This document shows positions 38,201-50,499 of a DNA stretch of 64,000 nt, piece by piece (the first letter of the stretch is position 1; every line of letters begins with the position of its first letter). The notes under the pieces were generated by a model that was not told the origin of the DNA, ran no database searches, and saw only the letters and a list, made by a program, of their open reading frames with translations. Source of the DNA: Callorhinchus milii (taxonomy: Eukaryota); assembly GCF_018977255.1 (NCBI RefSeq), contig NW_024704742.1:137764001-137828000 (forward strand). Reading direction: 5' to 3'. The position numbers and the translations under genes are program-made.

Positions 38201-38830
38201 TCAAGTCTTGGATGAGAGCTAACTTTTTACAGTTGAACGTCAGCAAGATTGAGGCTCTTCTGATTGGCTCGCACCGTCACCTCCAAATCTCAGACACTGG
38301 CAGCATGAACATCCATGGATGCACATTCCACCTCACCAGGAACCTTGGTGTCTTGTCCTTTCTCCCCCACATCCGGACCATGACCGCTCTGCCTTCCCCC
38401 ACCTTCATGACATTTCCCAACTCCATCACTGCCTCACCCCTCAGGCCCCAAAACTCTCATACATAACTTCATTACAACCAGGTTGACTATTGCCAACTTC
38501 CTGCTTGTCGGCCTTCCCAACTCTTCCCTCACAAGCTGCAGATCATCCAGAACGCTGCAGCTTGTGTTCTCTCCCGCAACAGGTTCCGTGACCTCTTCAC
38601 ACCCACCCTCGCCCAGCTCTACTGGATACCCATCCCTCGCTGCCTCCCTTGTCTCTTTCAAGGCATGCCTCAAGACCCTCCGGCTACCCTCCTAGCTCCA
38701 CCCCTTGCCCTCCACCCTCCCTGATCCCACTCACCCCCACCCCTGGCTTGGGTCCTAATCCCTGACTGCTCAGCACTTTGGAATGTCCTCCCGAAGTTTT
38801 GCAAACAAAGCTTTACAAATTCAATTTTGT
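35282..38830 (+). mobile_element. Two consecutive decayed L2 elements; the first retains an endonuclease region
   Basis: NVCLLSNK...DLIL...LGLTKTWL (APE-like endonuclease) followed by RT motifs; the second copy starts at about 37350. Confidence 0.88.
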
Positions 38831-39406
38831 ATTGTACTGTTGTATTGCACAAATACATAGTCACTACACATAACAGCAATTACTGTGAATTACTGTAGTT
38901 CCTGTAATTACTGTGAGTGTAATAAATGTGAAGCAGTTTGAGAGATAGGGCAGAGTAAAGTGCAAGTCCTTTATTTTCCAATAAGACAATAGGTCTTTAT
39001 ACTCAAGTAAACCTCAAATAACTTTCTTGGCAATGAGTCAGAAAGTTGTGAGTTCAAGCCCCATGTCAGGACTAGGCTGACTGACACTCGAGTGCAGCGC
39101 TGCATTGTCAGAAGTGCTGTCCTTCGAATGAGACATCAAACCAATGTCCCATCTGCCTGTTCAGGTGGGCGATAAAGATCCCAAACCCAGAAGGGAGTTT
39201 CTCTTGGCCAACAATCCCCCAGAAATAAATCATTCACTTCAGGGTTATTTGTGAGACATTGCTGTGTGCAAAAAGGTTGCTGCATTCCTCTAAAAATATA
39301 CAGTCACTACACTTTACAGTAAAATCCTGGGAAATGTTTTGATATCTCGACAACAAGATAAGGTATTATGTCAAATGCAAGGAAAATTACATAGTAAGGT
39401 ACTTAC

Positions 39407-39458
39407 ATGCGACTTGGGCGGTCGCTAAGAATGCAGACAGCGCAATCCACAGTATCAT
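39407..39458 (-). CDS. Siglec-15-like gene C, exon 1 (signal peptide MILWIALSAFLATAQVA, ends phase 1)
   Basis: ATG at 39458, 17 hydrophobic codons plus 1 nt, perfect GTAAGT donor, same 52-nt length as A and B. Joins in frame to the 27839 exon. Assignment to gene C across an 11.5-kb intron is inferred. Confidence 0.7.
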
Positions 39459-41739
39459 CCTCTAACCTTCGGGTGGTGATTTTGGACTGATTAATTTTGT
39501 TCTGTGGGTTTTCTCAATTCCTGTGCTTTGTTTCAGAGGTGGTACACAGTATTCAAGCCCCGCCTGTCCTCACTTAACCCTTCGACTGCCAGTGATAAGT
39601 GTACTGTACATCTTACTTTGGCAGAGTGCCTGCCATGTCAAAATGCCTCAGAGCTTCACATTTCACTGCTGTCAAGTGTAGTGACGTGCAGTTAAACCAG
39701 ACAAGTGGACCTGCTGTATACGGGATAAGAAATTAAACCGAGGTCCCATCTGTGTATGTTCAGGTGGATGTTAAAGGTTCCATGGCACTTTTGGTGAAGA
39801 AGAGAGTTTGGTGTTCTGGCTAAATACAATTGGTCACTCACTTCATGCATGGTTATACAACACTTTTGTGTGCAAACTGACTGCCAAGCTCATCTACAAA
39901 ACAGTCACTACACATTACAGTAAATCCTTTGAGACACCCTCCCAACGTAAAAAGGCACTGTATCAAATGTTGTTCTGTGGATTTTCTCAATACTTTATTT
40001 CAGAAGTGGTACAGACAATATTCAAGCCCCACCTTGTCCTGGCCTTCAAAGCCATCCACGGTCTTGTTCCACCCTACCTCTGCAACCTATAAAAACTTTA
40101 CCAACTTGCTCGCTCCCTCCACTCTGCAGGCACTGGCCTGTTCCATGTCTCCTGTCTTGCCTGCTTCAACATCGGTGGTCGGGCCTTCAGCTTTTCTATC
40201 CCCACCCTCTGGAACTCCATCCCGTAGCCTCTCCTCCTCATCCTCTCCCTTGTCTCCTTCAAGGCCCGTTTCATGACCATGTCTTCGGTCATTTTCCCTC
40301 CTCCACCCTCCCTGTCCCCACCTCACTCTGATCCCAACCCCCAGCTCAGGTGCAAATCCTTGACTATCTAGCGCCTTGGGACGTCTTCCCGATGTGAAAG
40401 GTGCTGCGTAACTGTAAGTTGTAGTTGTTATAAGGATTATTACCTTTAATATCCACCTGAGCTGGCAGGTGGGACCTCGATTTAACATCTCATCTGAGAA
40501 ACAGTACCTCCAACAATGCAGTGCTCCCCTCCTGTACTGCACATGAACCTCAGTCTGGAGTGTGAGATCAAACCCCCTTTAGTTTAGAGGCAAGAACCCT
40601 GTCACCAAAGTCAGGTTTGACACATGACACCCCCCTGAATGTAACAGGAAATACTTTTGCTTATCTGTGATGCAAAGACTCCTGCTTGCGTTGTAAAAAT
40701 CAGTGATTTACTCAATGATTCATTTAATTACTTACAATAAAAACCCACTGAAATACTTAATGGCTGGAGCAGAACGTAATTTCACAATCTAATTCCCATG
40801 TTTAAAGGTCTATTTACCTGTTCTTTCAAACATTTGTTTTGCAACTTTAACAAATGAAAAACAGACCTGATGATCCCTCCAGCCTTCACACACAATCACA
40901 AGATTGCTTCGGTGAAGAGAGTTCATTTCAATCTCATCCTTCAAGAAAGAGTTTCACACTCTCTCGGTGTCCTGGCCAACAATCCCCCCCACCAAAATAA
41001 ACTTTTGTCACTCATTTATTTCATGGCTGTTTGTGGGTTACTGCTATATGCAAATCGGCTGCCACAAATACAGTTGCTACACTTTTCAGTAAATCCTGTG
41101 AAGCTCTTTGTCAACATGATAAGGTGCTGCAGCAAATACAATGATTATTATTATTTTATGGTGATAATAATCCTCGCCCACCCGTCCTCCCATTTTCAAA
41201 AAAGTCCCAGTATCCTGGAATGCTAACTCAGTTATTAATTATCCTCTGGGTAAAGATATATTTCCATGATCCTCCTCTTCCCCCTCCCCTTCTCTGCCAA
41301 CTGGCCTGCTCAACGTCCCCTGACCCACTATGACTGGGCGACCTGCAACCCTTTGCCACTTTGCTCCCACTCTCTGCAACTCGCTCTGTAATTCCCTCCT
41401 CCCTGTACCCACCATCTCCATTTTTAAAATTCTTCTAAAAACCTATCTCAAATATGTCTAAGACTTCAGTCACCTCCCTCTGACCCTCCCTGTCTCCTCT
41501 GTGAAATTCTTTGAGATCTTTACTGCGTGAAAAGGCCTGCCTGTAAAAGTGCACTTTTCCTTGTGCAGTAAAATGCAATTCTCCAGCACAAAACATATTT
41601 ATTTAAGAAATTTGCATTTATATAGCGGCTTCTATCAAATAATCTAAAAGCACTTTACAGTATTTTCCATCAGGCGGAGCGCTTTTTTAACCTAGGCAAA
41701 AGTCATGGCCAATTTGTACACAGCAATGTCTCAAAGACA

Positions 41740-42620
41740 GCAATAATACAATACAATACAAAATTACATTTGTAAAGTGGCTTTCACATTGGGGAGGATG
41801 TCCCAAGGCGCTGGACAGTCAGGTATGTGGACCCGAGTGCGGGGGAGGGTGGGGGGGGGGGGGGAAGTAGGGGGGGGTTTGGATGAGGAAGGGTGGAGGG
41901 CAAAGGAGGGTGGCCAAAGACACGGTCAAAGAGAAGGGTCTTGAGACGGGACTTAAAGGAGACAAGGGAGTGAGGGAGGTGAAGGGAATGGGATGGAGTT
42001 CCAGAGAGTGGGGGCAGAGACACTGAAGGTCCAACTGCTGATGGTAGGACAGGTCGGGCAGAGAATGCGGAGCAGGCCGGAGCCTACTGAGCAAAGGGAG
42101 CGGATAAGGGGTTAGCAAGTCACAGAAATAGGAAGGGGCAAAGCCATGGAGGGTCTTGATGGTGAGGATGAGGGATGCAGAGCCAGTGGAGCTGGGTGAG
42201 AGTGGGGGTGATGGGGTCATGGAGCCTGATGCGGGAGATTATGCAAACTGCAGAGTTCTGGATTATCTGCAGTTTGTGGAGGGAAGAGTTGGGAAGGCCA
42301 ACAACAGAAAGTTGGTGTAGACAAGCCTAAGTGTGATGAACACGTGAAAAGGGTTTCGGCGGCCTGAGGGGTGAGACAGTGGCGGAACAGGGCGACGTTG
42401 CTGAGGTGGGGGAAGGCAGAGCGGGTCATGGCACAGATGTGGGGTAGAAAGAACAGTTGAGGGTCAAACAAGATGCCAAGGTTCTGGACTGACTCAGTGA
42501 GGTGGAGTGTGCATCCATGGATGCAAGCTAGCGCTTGAGGTGTGGCGCCGTTAATGGGAACCAATCAACAGAGCCTCAGTGTCGTTGACATTAAACTGTA
42601 GAAAGTTAGCTCTCATCCAG
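41740..42620 (-). mobile_element. L2 3' fragment (another at about 40030-40430, plus strand)
   Basis: Similarity to the other L2 copies and L2 tail. Confidence 0.85.
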
Positions 42621-43623
42621 GTCAGCTATAAGACAATTAACTCATTTATCTTTGGACAAGACATTCAACGAAGGTCCCATTTATTCAGGTAGTACTATTG
42701 GTAAATGAGAAAGGAATTTCTCCTGGTGTCCTGGCCTAGAATCCCCAGATAGTTTTTGGCCAGCCAGGTGTCTGACACACGCGGAAACCCATTGCCGTGC
42801 TTAAGAGTTCCATCCAGAGTGGGAGTGTTTGGTTGCAGATAAAAAAAATTAAAGTGGTGTTTTTTCAGGCAAGTTGAGAGTGTGAGCATGAGGCAGCGGT
42901 GAGCAAACCACTTTCAATCAAATCCCAGTTGTGGAGTTTAACATTGTGTCTGTTCGAACTGCAAATTAAAGGTACCTTGGTGCTCAGGAAATAAAGTCGT
43001 GTCTGCTTAATGTTAGACAGTAAAATTCTGTTAATTGAATCTTAAATTGAAAGTGAAAATTATTTAGTTATCCAAACTATTCATATAACCAGAGTACACT
43101 CACCTCCTGGAGCTCGAGGCACGTAGCTCTGAGCTGAAAATGCTCTTCTCCGCCAATCAGACCCATCCTCACTCGCACGTGGCCGATCACCAGCGATCTC
43201 TCTGGGGAGGGGAGGAGGAAGGAGGAGAGGACAGCAATGATGTTCTTGATGTACTGTAGAAGGCAGCGATATTTTGCCAATAAAATATATATTCTGTGAA
43301 GTGCTTTGTGACGTGATAAAGCGCCATATTATATATTATATCAAACGCAAAGATTATTATGTGGGACCATGTGTTTATCTGGACTCAGATTAATTGCTTT
43401 TTGTACAAATAGTAACAGGGAAAATTCTTCATAAATTTAAAATACCTAGTGGCATCCTCTTTTGATTTTTTGATTTGCAATCTAAAAGCAACATTAGACA
43501 ATTATAACCTTACACCGCTGTAACAATAAGTAAACACAAATGTTTGTATGTCTTAATGTACCAGGAGCCATGGTACATTAAGAGAGAAGTAAATAATTAT
43601 TTGGGGAGGACTAGTTTGCAGGG

Positions 43624-43946
43624 CTATAATAATAATAATAATCCTTGCATTTGATATAGCGCTTTTCACGTCGGGAGGACGTCCCAAAGCACTTCACAGA
43701 ACACACTGTAAAGTGAATTGACCGTATATTTGTGGGCGAACGCGGCAGCCAATTGCGCACAGCAATGTCCCACAAACGGTCGTAGATTAAAAATGACCAA
43801 TTTATTATTGTTTTGGGTTTTGGAGGGATTATTATTAGGCTCTGTGTGGAGTAAGGAAACTTGCCCAAGGTTTCGCCCTCTGCCTGGAATTGAACTCAGG
43901 TCTCTAACTTGCAAAGCGAGTGCTCTAACCACTGAGCTACAGGACT
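43624..43946 (-). mobile_element. Young full-length SINE, same family
   Basis: Reverse complement is near-identical to 10963-11291. Confidence 0.9.
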
Positions 43947-44129
43947 ATAGGGAAAGAGAGCGGGGGAGTGGGATTGATTTGGAAGCTCTTTTCAAAGAGC
44001 CAGCACAGACAGTATGGCCGGTTGGCTTCCTTCTGTGCTGTATAATTCTACGATAACATTTAACGAGGAGAGGTGTTATGTGGTGTGTGAAGGCTCGGTG
44101 AGCGCACCTTGAGTCGATGGCCATTTTTA

Positions 44130-44910
44130 TGTGCAATTCTGACAACCTCCTGATTGGCTCGTGCCAACGTCTCTGGACCTCAGGCTCTGGCAGCATCAAC
44201 CTTCATGGTTGCACACTTCAACTCACCAGCCAGTCAGGAACCTGGGTGTCTTGTTCGACCCTCAACTGCCTTTTTGTTCCCCACATCCAAGCCATGACCC
44301 GCTCTGCCTTCCCTCACATCCGTAACATTGCCCGACTCTGCCACTACCTCACCCCTCCAGGCTCGACTGTGCAAACCACCTGCTTGTCGGCCTTCCCAAC
44401 TCCTCCATCCACAGGCTGCAGATAATCCAGAACTCATGTCCTCTCCTGCACCAAACTCCGTGACCCCACCTCCCCCACTCACGCCCTTTCCCTTTCCTTC
44501 AGAGGATCCAGTTCAAGATCCTGGTCCTCACCAACAAAGACCTCCATGGCCTCGTCCCACCCTACCTCTGTGACCTCCTAACCCCCTACCAACCCGCACG
44601 CTCCCTCCGCTCAGCCGGCTCCGGCTGCTCCATGTCCCCCGACCCACTATCGGCTGGAGAGCCTTCAGCCGCTCTGCCCCCAACCTCTGGAGTTCCATCC
44701 CCCAGTCACTCTGCCTCACCCCCTCCTTAGCCTCCTTCAAGTCCCATCTCAAGACCCTCCTCTTCGACCATGCCATCGGCCACCCTTCTTCCCCTCCCTT
44801 CTCTCCCCCTGACCCCAGCTCGGGTCTGAAATGCTGTACCCTGTCCAGCCCCTCGGGAGGTCCTCCCGACGCGAAAGGCGCTGTGCACATGTGATCTCGT
44901 TGCTGTTGAT
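44130..44910 (+). mobile_element. L2 3' fragment
   Basis: Closely similar to 49250-50100. Confidence 0.88.
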
Positions 44911-46330
44911 TCTGAGTCGACAGCCGTAGTGCGATTCGGTGGCTCTGTGACCCCCCAGCGTGAGCCGAGGTTTCCCAGTGTGACCCCCAGCCGCCCGCAC
45001 GCGGTCCCCACGTGGGCCGTGTGCCCCCTCGTTCCCCCGCGTCCGGTGGGCCGCCCGGCAACTGGGGCCTTGGTCAGGCTTTCGACGCGGTGTCGCTACG
45101 CGAAAGGCGGCGACAGTCACATCTTCAAGACTGGGGTGGGTGGACGTGGGTCAGGTCAGGACATCGGGGGGTACAGGGAAAAGGGCGGGTAACTGGGGTT
45201 GAGGAGCAGATAATACCATGGAATGGGGGTTCAGGCCTGAGTGGCCTTCTCCCGCTTTTATGTTGAAATAAAATTGCCCCATTTCAGCAGCAAACCTGTA
45301 GCCGCAGCTTTGAGGCTCGGGGGGGGGTGGTGGTGGTGGTGGGGGAGGGGGGGTTGGGGGGCAGAGGTGACTGTGCCCGCGGGGGAGGGGGTGACAGGGC
45401 CGCGGCCCATGTTGACCGGATGGAAGTGGTCGGCGGCCGCCATGTTGGTGCGGGGCGCGGCGCGGGCTGCGATTGGTCGGCTGTGCGCGGCCGCCATGTT
45501 GGTGCGGGGCGCGGCGCGGGCTGCGATTGGTCGGCTGTGCGCGGCCGCCATGTTGGTGCGGGGCGCGGCGCGGCGCGGCGCGGGCTGCGATTGGTCGGCT
45601 GTGCGCGGTTCTCCATGTTGTTGCGGGGCGCGGCGCGGCGCGGCGCGTGCTGCGATTGGTCGGCTGTGCGCGGCCGCCATGTTGGTGAGGGTCGGGCACC
45701 CCCGTCCCATCCGGCATCCTGATTGGTCTCGGGCCCCGGCCGGCGCGGCGGCGCGGCGTGCGAGTGAGGGGCAGCTGAAGCGTGGCCGCGAGAGGAGCGG
45801 GAGGGAGGGAGCCCTGTCTGGTAAGAGCTGTGACAGCAAACAGGGCGCTGAGAGAGAGAGGGAGAGGGGGAGGGAGGGGAGAGAGTGTGTGGTGTTGTGG
45901 GCGTCTCTCTCTCTCTCTCTCTCCCGCTCTGTGACTGTGAGAGGCGGGAGCCGTGACTCCATGTCAGTCACTGACTGAGGGGAGAGAGGCCGCGCTTCCC
46001 GCTGCCGACTACAGGTGGCGCTGGCGCTGGCGCCCCCCACCAGCCCAGTGATACACCCCCTCACAGTGTCCCCCCCCACAGCCAGGCCACGTGCTAACCA
46101 CGTGCGTGACCCCCCCCCCTTCCCCTCCCCTTGGTTTGCTTTCGCTGACAAGTAAACACTGGTGCACTTGTCTGTTCTGGTAAATTGGCTCAATTGCGTC
46201 CCTGGTATTTGTGTCTGTGACGGCAACTGTCGGGGTTTCAAAGCGAGAGATAAACGTGGAGCAGCCGGAGCCGCCGAGCGGGGGGAGCGGGCGGGGGGAG
46301 CGGGCGGGGGGCGGGGGGTGAGGAGGTCAC
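44880..46330. promoter_or_regulatory. CpG island, probable (bidirectional) promoter of SLC5A6
   Basis: Very high GC and CpG density compared with the rest of the window; multiple CCAAT, YY1 and GC-rich motifs; the only such island upstream of SLC5A6. Confidence 0.7.
45434..45690. repeat. 54-bp GC-rich tandem repeat (about 4.3 units; two units carry an extra 10 nt of GCGCG repeats)
   Basis: Unit gcggccgccatgttggtgcggggcgcggcgcgggctgcgattggtcggctgtgc. Confidence 0.95.
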
Positions 46331-47990
46331 AGAGGTAGGGTGGGGCGAGGCCATGGAGGGCTTTGTAGGTGAGGACCAGGATCTTGAACTGGATCCTCTG
46401 AAGGATAGAGAGCCAATGGAGTCGGGCGAGAGTGGGGGAGATGGGGTCACGGAGTTTGGTGCGGGAGAGGACACGGGCGGCAGAGTTCTGGATTATCTGC
46501 AGCCTGTGGAGGGAGGAGTTGGGAAGGTCGACACGCAGGGGGTTTGCACAGTCGAGCCTGGAGGTGATGAAGGCACGAACAAGAGTTTCAGTGCCTGAGG
46601 GGTGAGGGAGTGGTGGAGTCGGGCGATGTTACGGAGGTGAGGGAAGGCAGAGCGGGTCATGGCTTGAATGTGGGGGAGAAAAGACAGTTGAGACTCGAAC
46701 AAGACACCCAGGTTCCTGACTGGCTGGCGTGTGCAACCATGGAGGGTGATGGTGCCGGAGCCTGAGGTGCTGAGGGCCAAACAGGAGGGCCTCAGTGTTG
46801 TTCACATTCAACTGTAGGAAATTTGCCCTCATCCAGGACTTGATGTCCGACAGACAGTCTGTCAGAACAGCAGTGGTCCTGGAGTTGAGGGTGGGGGCAG
46901 AGAGGTAGAGTTGGGTGTCATCCACATACATGTGGAAGTTGACCCCATGTCTGCGGATGATGTCACCGAGGGGGAGAATGTAGATATTAAAGAGGAGACA
47001 AGGACAGAGCCCTGGGGGGCGCCAGACGTGACAGTGCGGGGGCTGGAGGAGAAACCGTTAGAGACAACAAAGTGGAGGCGGTGAGAGATAGAAATCGAAC
47101 CAGGCAAAGGCAGGTCCGCGAAGATTGAGTAAGGCAGAGAGACAGTGTATGAGCATAGAGTGGTCGACAGTGTCGAAGGCGGCAGAGAGGTCGAGGAGGA
47201 CAAGGAGGCAGTGGGAGCCCTGATCACAGATGTTCAGAATGTCATTAGTGACTGTGACCGGGGCTGTTTCCGTGCTGTGGGCAGCGCAGAAGCCGGATTG
47301 GAGGGATTCAAAGAGGGAATGGCGAGAGAGAAAGGAGCGGAGTTGGGACGCGACAACTCGTTCCAGGACCTTTGTAGAGGAATGGGAGGTTAGAGATGGC
47401 GCGGTAGCTGGTGAGGAGGGATGGATCCAAGGAAGGTTTTTCAAGATGGGGATGATGACGGCTGTTTTTAGGGGGGTGGGAACTGAACCAATAAGGAGGG
47501 ATTGATGACATCGGACAGGGGAAGGGCTAGAAGGTGGAGCTGGGAGATGAGGAGAGAGGTGGGGATGGGATCGAGGAGGCAGATGGTGGGTTTGAGTTTG
47601 TGGACGGTCTTGGTGAGGGAGGGGGGGTGGGAGAAGGAGTATAGGGGAGTATGGGTGGTGGGTGGGTCATGAGGAAGAGGTGATGTGGGGGTGGCTGTGG
47701 ACGGGGATGAGGTGGCTGAACGTATCCCCTCGGTTTTAGATTCAAGGAAGTCCAGCATCTCCTTGCAGTTGGAGTTTGAGGAGAGGATGGGCGAGGTATG
47801 GGAAGGTGGACGGAGGAGACGGTTAGTGGTGGAAAAGAGAAAGCTGGAGTTGTCCTTTGTCTCCAAGATAACCTTGGAGTAGACGGAGGATTTGGCGGAG
47901 GCAAGAGCACAGCGGTAGATTTTTGACAATGCAAATTTATAGGTGTATAGCGTCTCTTGTGTTAGGAAGACGTCCCAAGGCACTTGTTCT
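46240..47990 (-). mobile_element. L2 LINE fragment
   Basis: RT motifs in ORFs 46629-47444. Confidence 0.9.
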
Positions 47991-48329
47991 TTTCTGCTGT
48001 AATCCAGCTGTTTGTTATTGGTGAGCGAGGTGAGGCCTGCTCATCCCCATTAACCCAATTAGATACAAACATTCCACTTCGGGAGCAAGGGTTATCTGCT
48101 TCAGACAAGGCCCTCCACACCCCAAACTCTTCTAGGCCCCAAATTGTCAAAGGACAATGCAGACGTGAACCTCACCAGGTGATGGGATGGTGTCTTCAGC
48201 AGGACAAGCCCGACCTGAGCTCGTGGCTCTGCCTTCCAGTATCTCTACTTCCTCTGCGTGAGGAATGCCCTGCATTTTCCTTATCACAAGCTACAGGTGC
48301 AACTAGAGTGGTTTTAAAGCACTACCTTT

Positions 48330-48655
48330 GTGGAGTCCTGCAGCTCAGTGGTTAGAGCACTCGCTTTGTAAGTGAGAGACCTGAGTTCAATTCCAGGCAG
48401 AGGGCGAAACCTTGGGCAAGTTTCCTTACTCCACACAGAGCCTAATAATAATCCTCCAAAACCAAAAACAATAATAAATTGGTCATTTTCAATCTACGAC
48501 TGTTTGTGGGACATTGCTGTGCGCAATTGGCTGCCGCGTTCGCCCACAAATATACAGTCAATTCACTTTACAGTGTGTTCTGTGAAGTGCTTTGGGATGT
48601 CCTCCCGACGTGAAAAGCGCTATATCAAATGCAAGGATTATTATTATTATTATTA
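48330..48655 (+). mobile_element. Young full-length SINE, same family
   Basis: Near-identical to 10963-11291. Confidence 0.9.
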
Positions 48656-48659
48656 ATAT

Positions 48660-50105
48660 TATCATCCAAAACTCTGCAGCTCGTGTCCTCTCCCGCATCA
48701 GACTCCATGACCCCCTCACCCCCAATCTCGCCTGGCTCCACTGGTTCTCCATCTCTCAGAGGATCAAGTTCAAAATCCTCGTCCTCATCTTCAAGGACCT
48801 CCACAACCTTGCCCCATCCTACCTCTCTGACCTGCTAACCCCTTATTAACATGTCTGCTCCCTCTGCTCTGGAGGCTCTGGCCTGCTCCATTTTCCCGGC
48901 CCAGCCCACTATCAGCGATAGTACTCCATTCCACATTCTCTTCATCTGCTCCCCCACCACCACTCGGGTCCTATTCCCTGACTGTTCAGCGCCTTAGGAC
49001 TTCCTCCTGACGTGAAACGCACTTTACAAATGTAATATTGTATTATGCTGCTGTTCGCTTCCCCCCCGGGGCTCTCTACTCCAATCTCATTCCCTGCTCT
49101 CTCCCAATTGTGTCTGTGCTCGAGCCCCCACTGAAGCTCTCTGCTAATCCTATTGCTCTCCTCTCTCTCTCTCTCTTTGTGTCTGTGTCAACAGACTGCC
49201 TATCGGACATCAAGTCCTACATGAGGGAAAATTTCCTGTAGTTAAATGTGAACAAGACTGAGGCCCTCCTGATTGACTCGCGCCAGCGCCTCAGCGCCTC
49301 AGGCTCTGGCAGCATCAACCTCCATCGTTGTACACTTCAACTCACCAAGCCACCAAGTCAGGATCCTGGGTGTCGTGTTCAACCCTCAGCTGTCTTCTTC
49401 CCCACATTCAAGCCATGACCCGCTCTGCCTTCCCTCACCTCCGTAACATCGCTCGTCTCCGCCACTACCTCACCCCTCAGGCCACTGAAACTCTTGTTTA
49501 TGCCTTCATCACCTCCAGGCTCGACTATGCAAACCCCCTGCGTGTCGGCCTTCCCAACTCCTCCCTCCACAGACTGCAGATAATCCAGAACTCTGCAGCC
49601 CGTGTCCTCTCCCGCAACAAACTCCGTGACCCCATCTCCTTCATTCTCGCCCGACTCCATTGGCTCTCTATCCTTCAGAGGATCCAGTTCAAGATCCTGG
49701 TCCTCACCTCCAAAGCCCTCCATGGTCTCGCCCCACCCTATCTCTGTGACTTCCTAACTCCTTACCAACCCGCCCGCTCCCTCCACTCAGCCGGCTCCGG
49801 CTGCTCCATGTCCCCCACCCCACCCGCCCACTATTGGCGGGAGAGCCTTCAGCCACTCTGCCCCCAACCTCTGGAATTCCATCCCACAATTACTCTGCCT
49901 CGCCCCCTCCTTAGCCTCCTTCAAGTCCCACCTCAAAGCCCTCCTCTTCGACCATGCCAATGGTCACCTCCCTTCTCCTCCCCTCCCTTCTCCCCCCTTG
50001 ATCCCAGCTTGGGTCTGAAATTCTGTACACTGTCCAGCGCCTTGGGACGTCCTCCCGACGTGAAAGGCGCTATACATATGTAATCTTGTTGTTGTTGTTG
50101 CTTGT
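48660..50105 (+). mobile_element. Two L2 3' fragments (about 48660-49050 and 49190-50105)
   Basis: ORF 49328-50083 with AFITSRLDYAN; L2 tail with (GTT)n. Confidence 0.88.
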
Positions 50106-50499
50106 CCTAGCTCTCTAGTCTAATCCCATTCTCCTGCTCTTTCCCCATCGATGGTGACTATTAAGAAACTAGTAACAGTACGTGACAGTAATTGTGAAAC
50201 ACTTTGAGAGGTTTCCGTAATAGAGGTTTCTATTAAAATACAAGTTCTTCCTTGGATCATGTCTAAAGCTGTGAAGTAATCCACTGATTTGAAGGGTTGT
50301 GTGCCTCGCTATTTCCCAGACTTCAGATAGATTTGATCCTTCTTATGTGTCTCAAAAGTTCATTTTAGTCACACAGCTTAATCTGTCAGAAGCATTCCGT
50401 GCCAACTTTCATTGTGACGTCTTGGCTCAGGAGGTAACTGTCTCGTCTCTGGATCAGGAGACTGTAATAATAATAATAATAATCCTTGAATTTGGTATA

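Noticed and set aside
45241-46241. Long ORFs (245 aa plus, 327 aa minus and others) over the CpG island
   Set aside because: Explained by high GC content and a repeat unit divisible by 3; no recognisable domain. Only the short minus-strand N-terminal piece is kept as a hypothesis.
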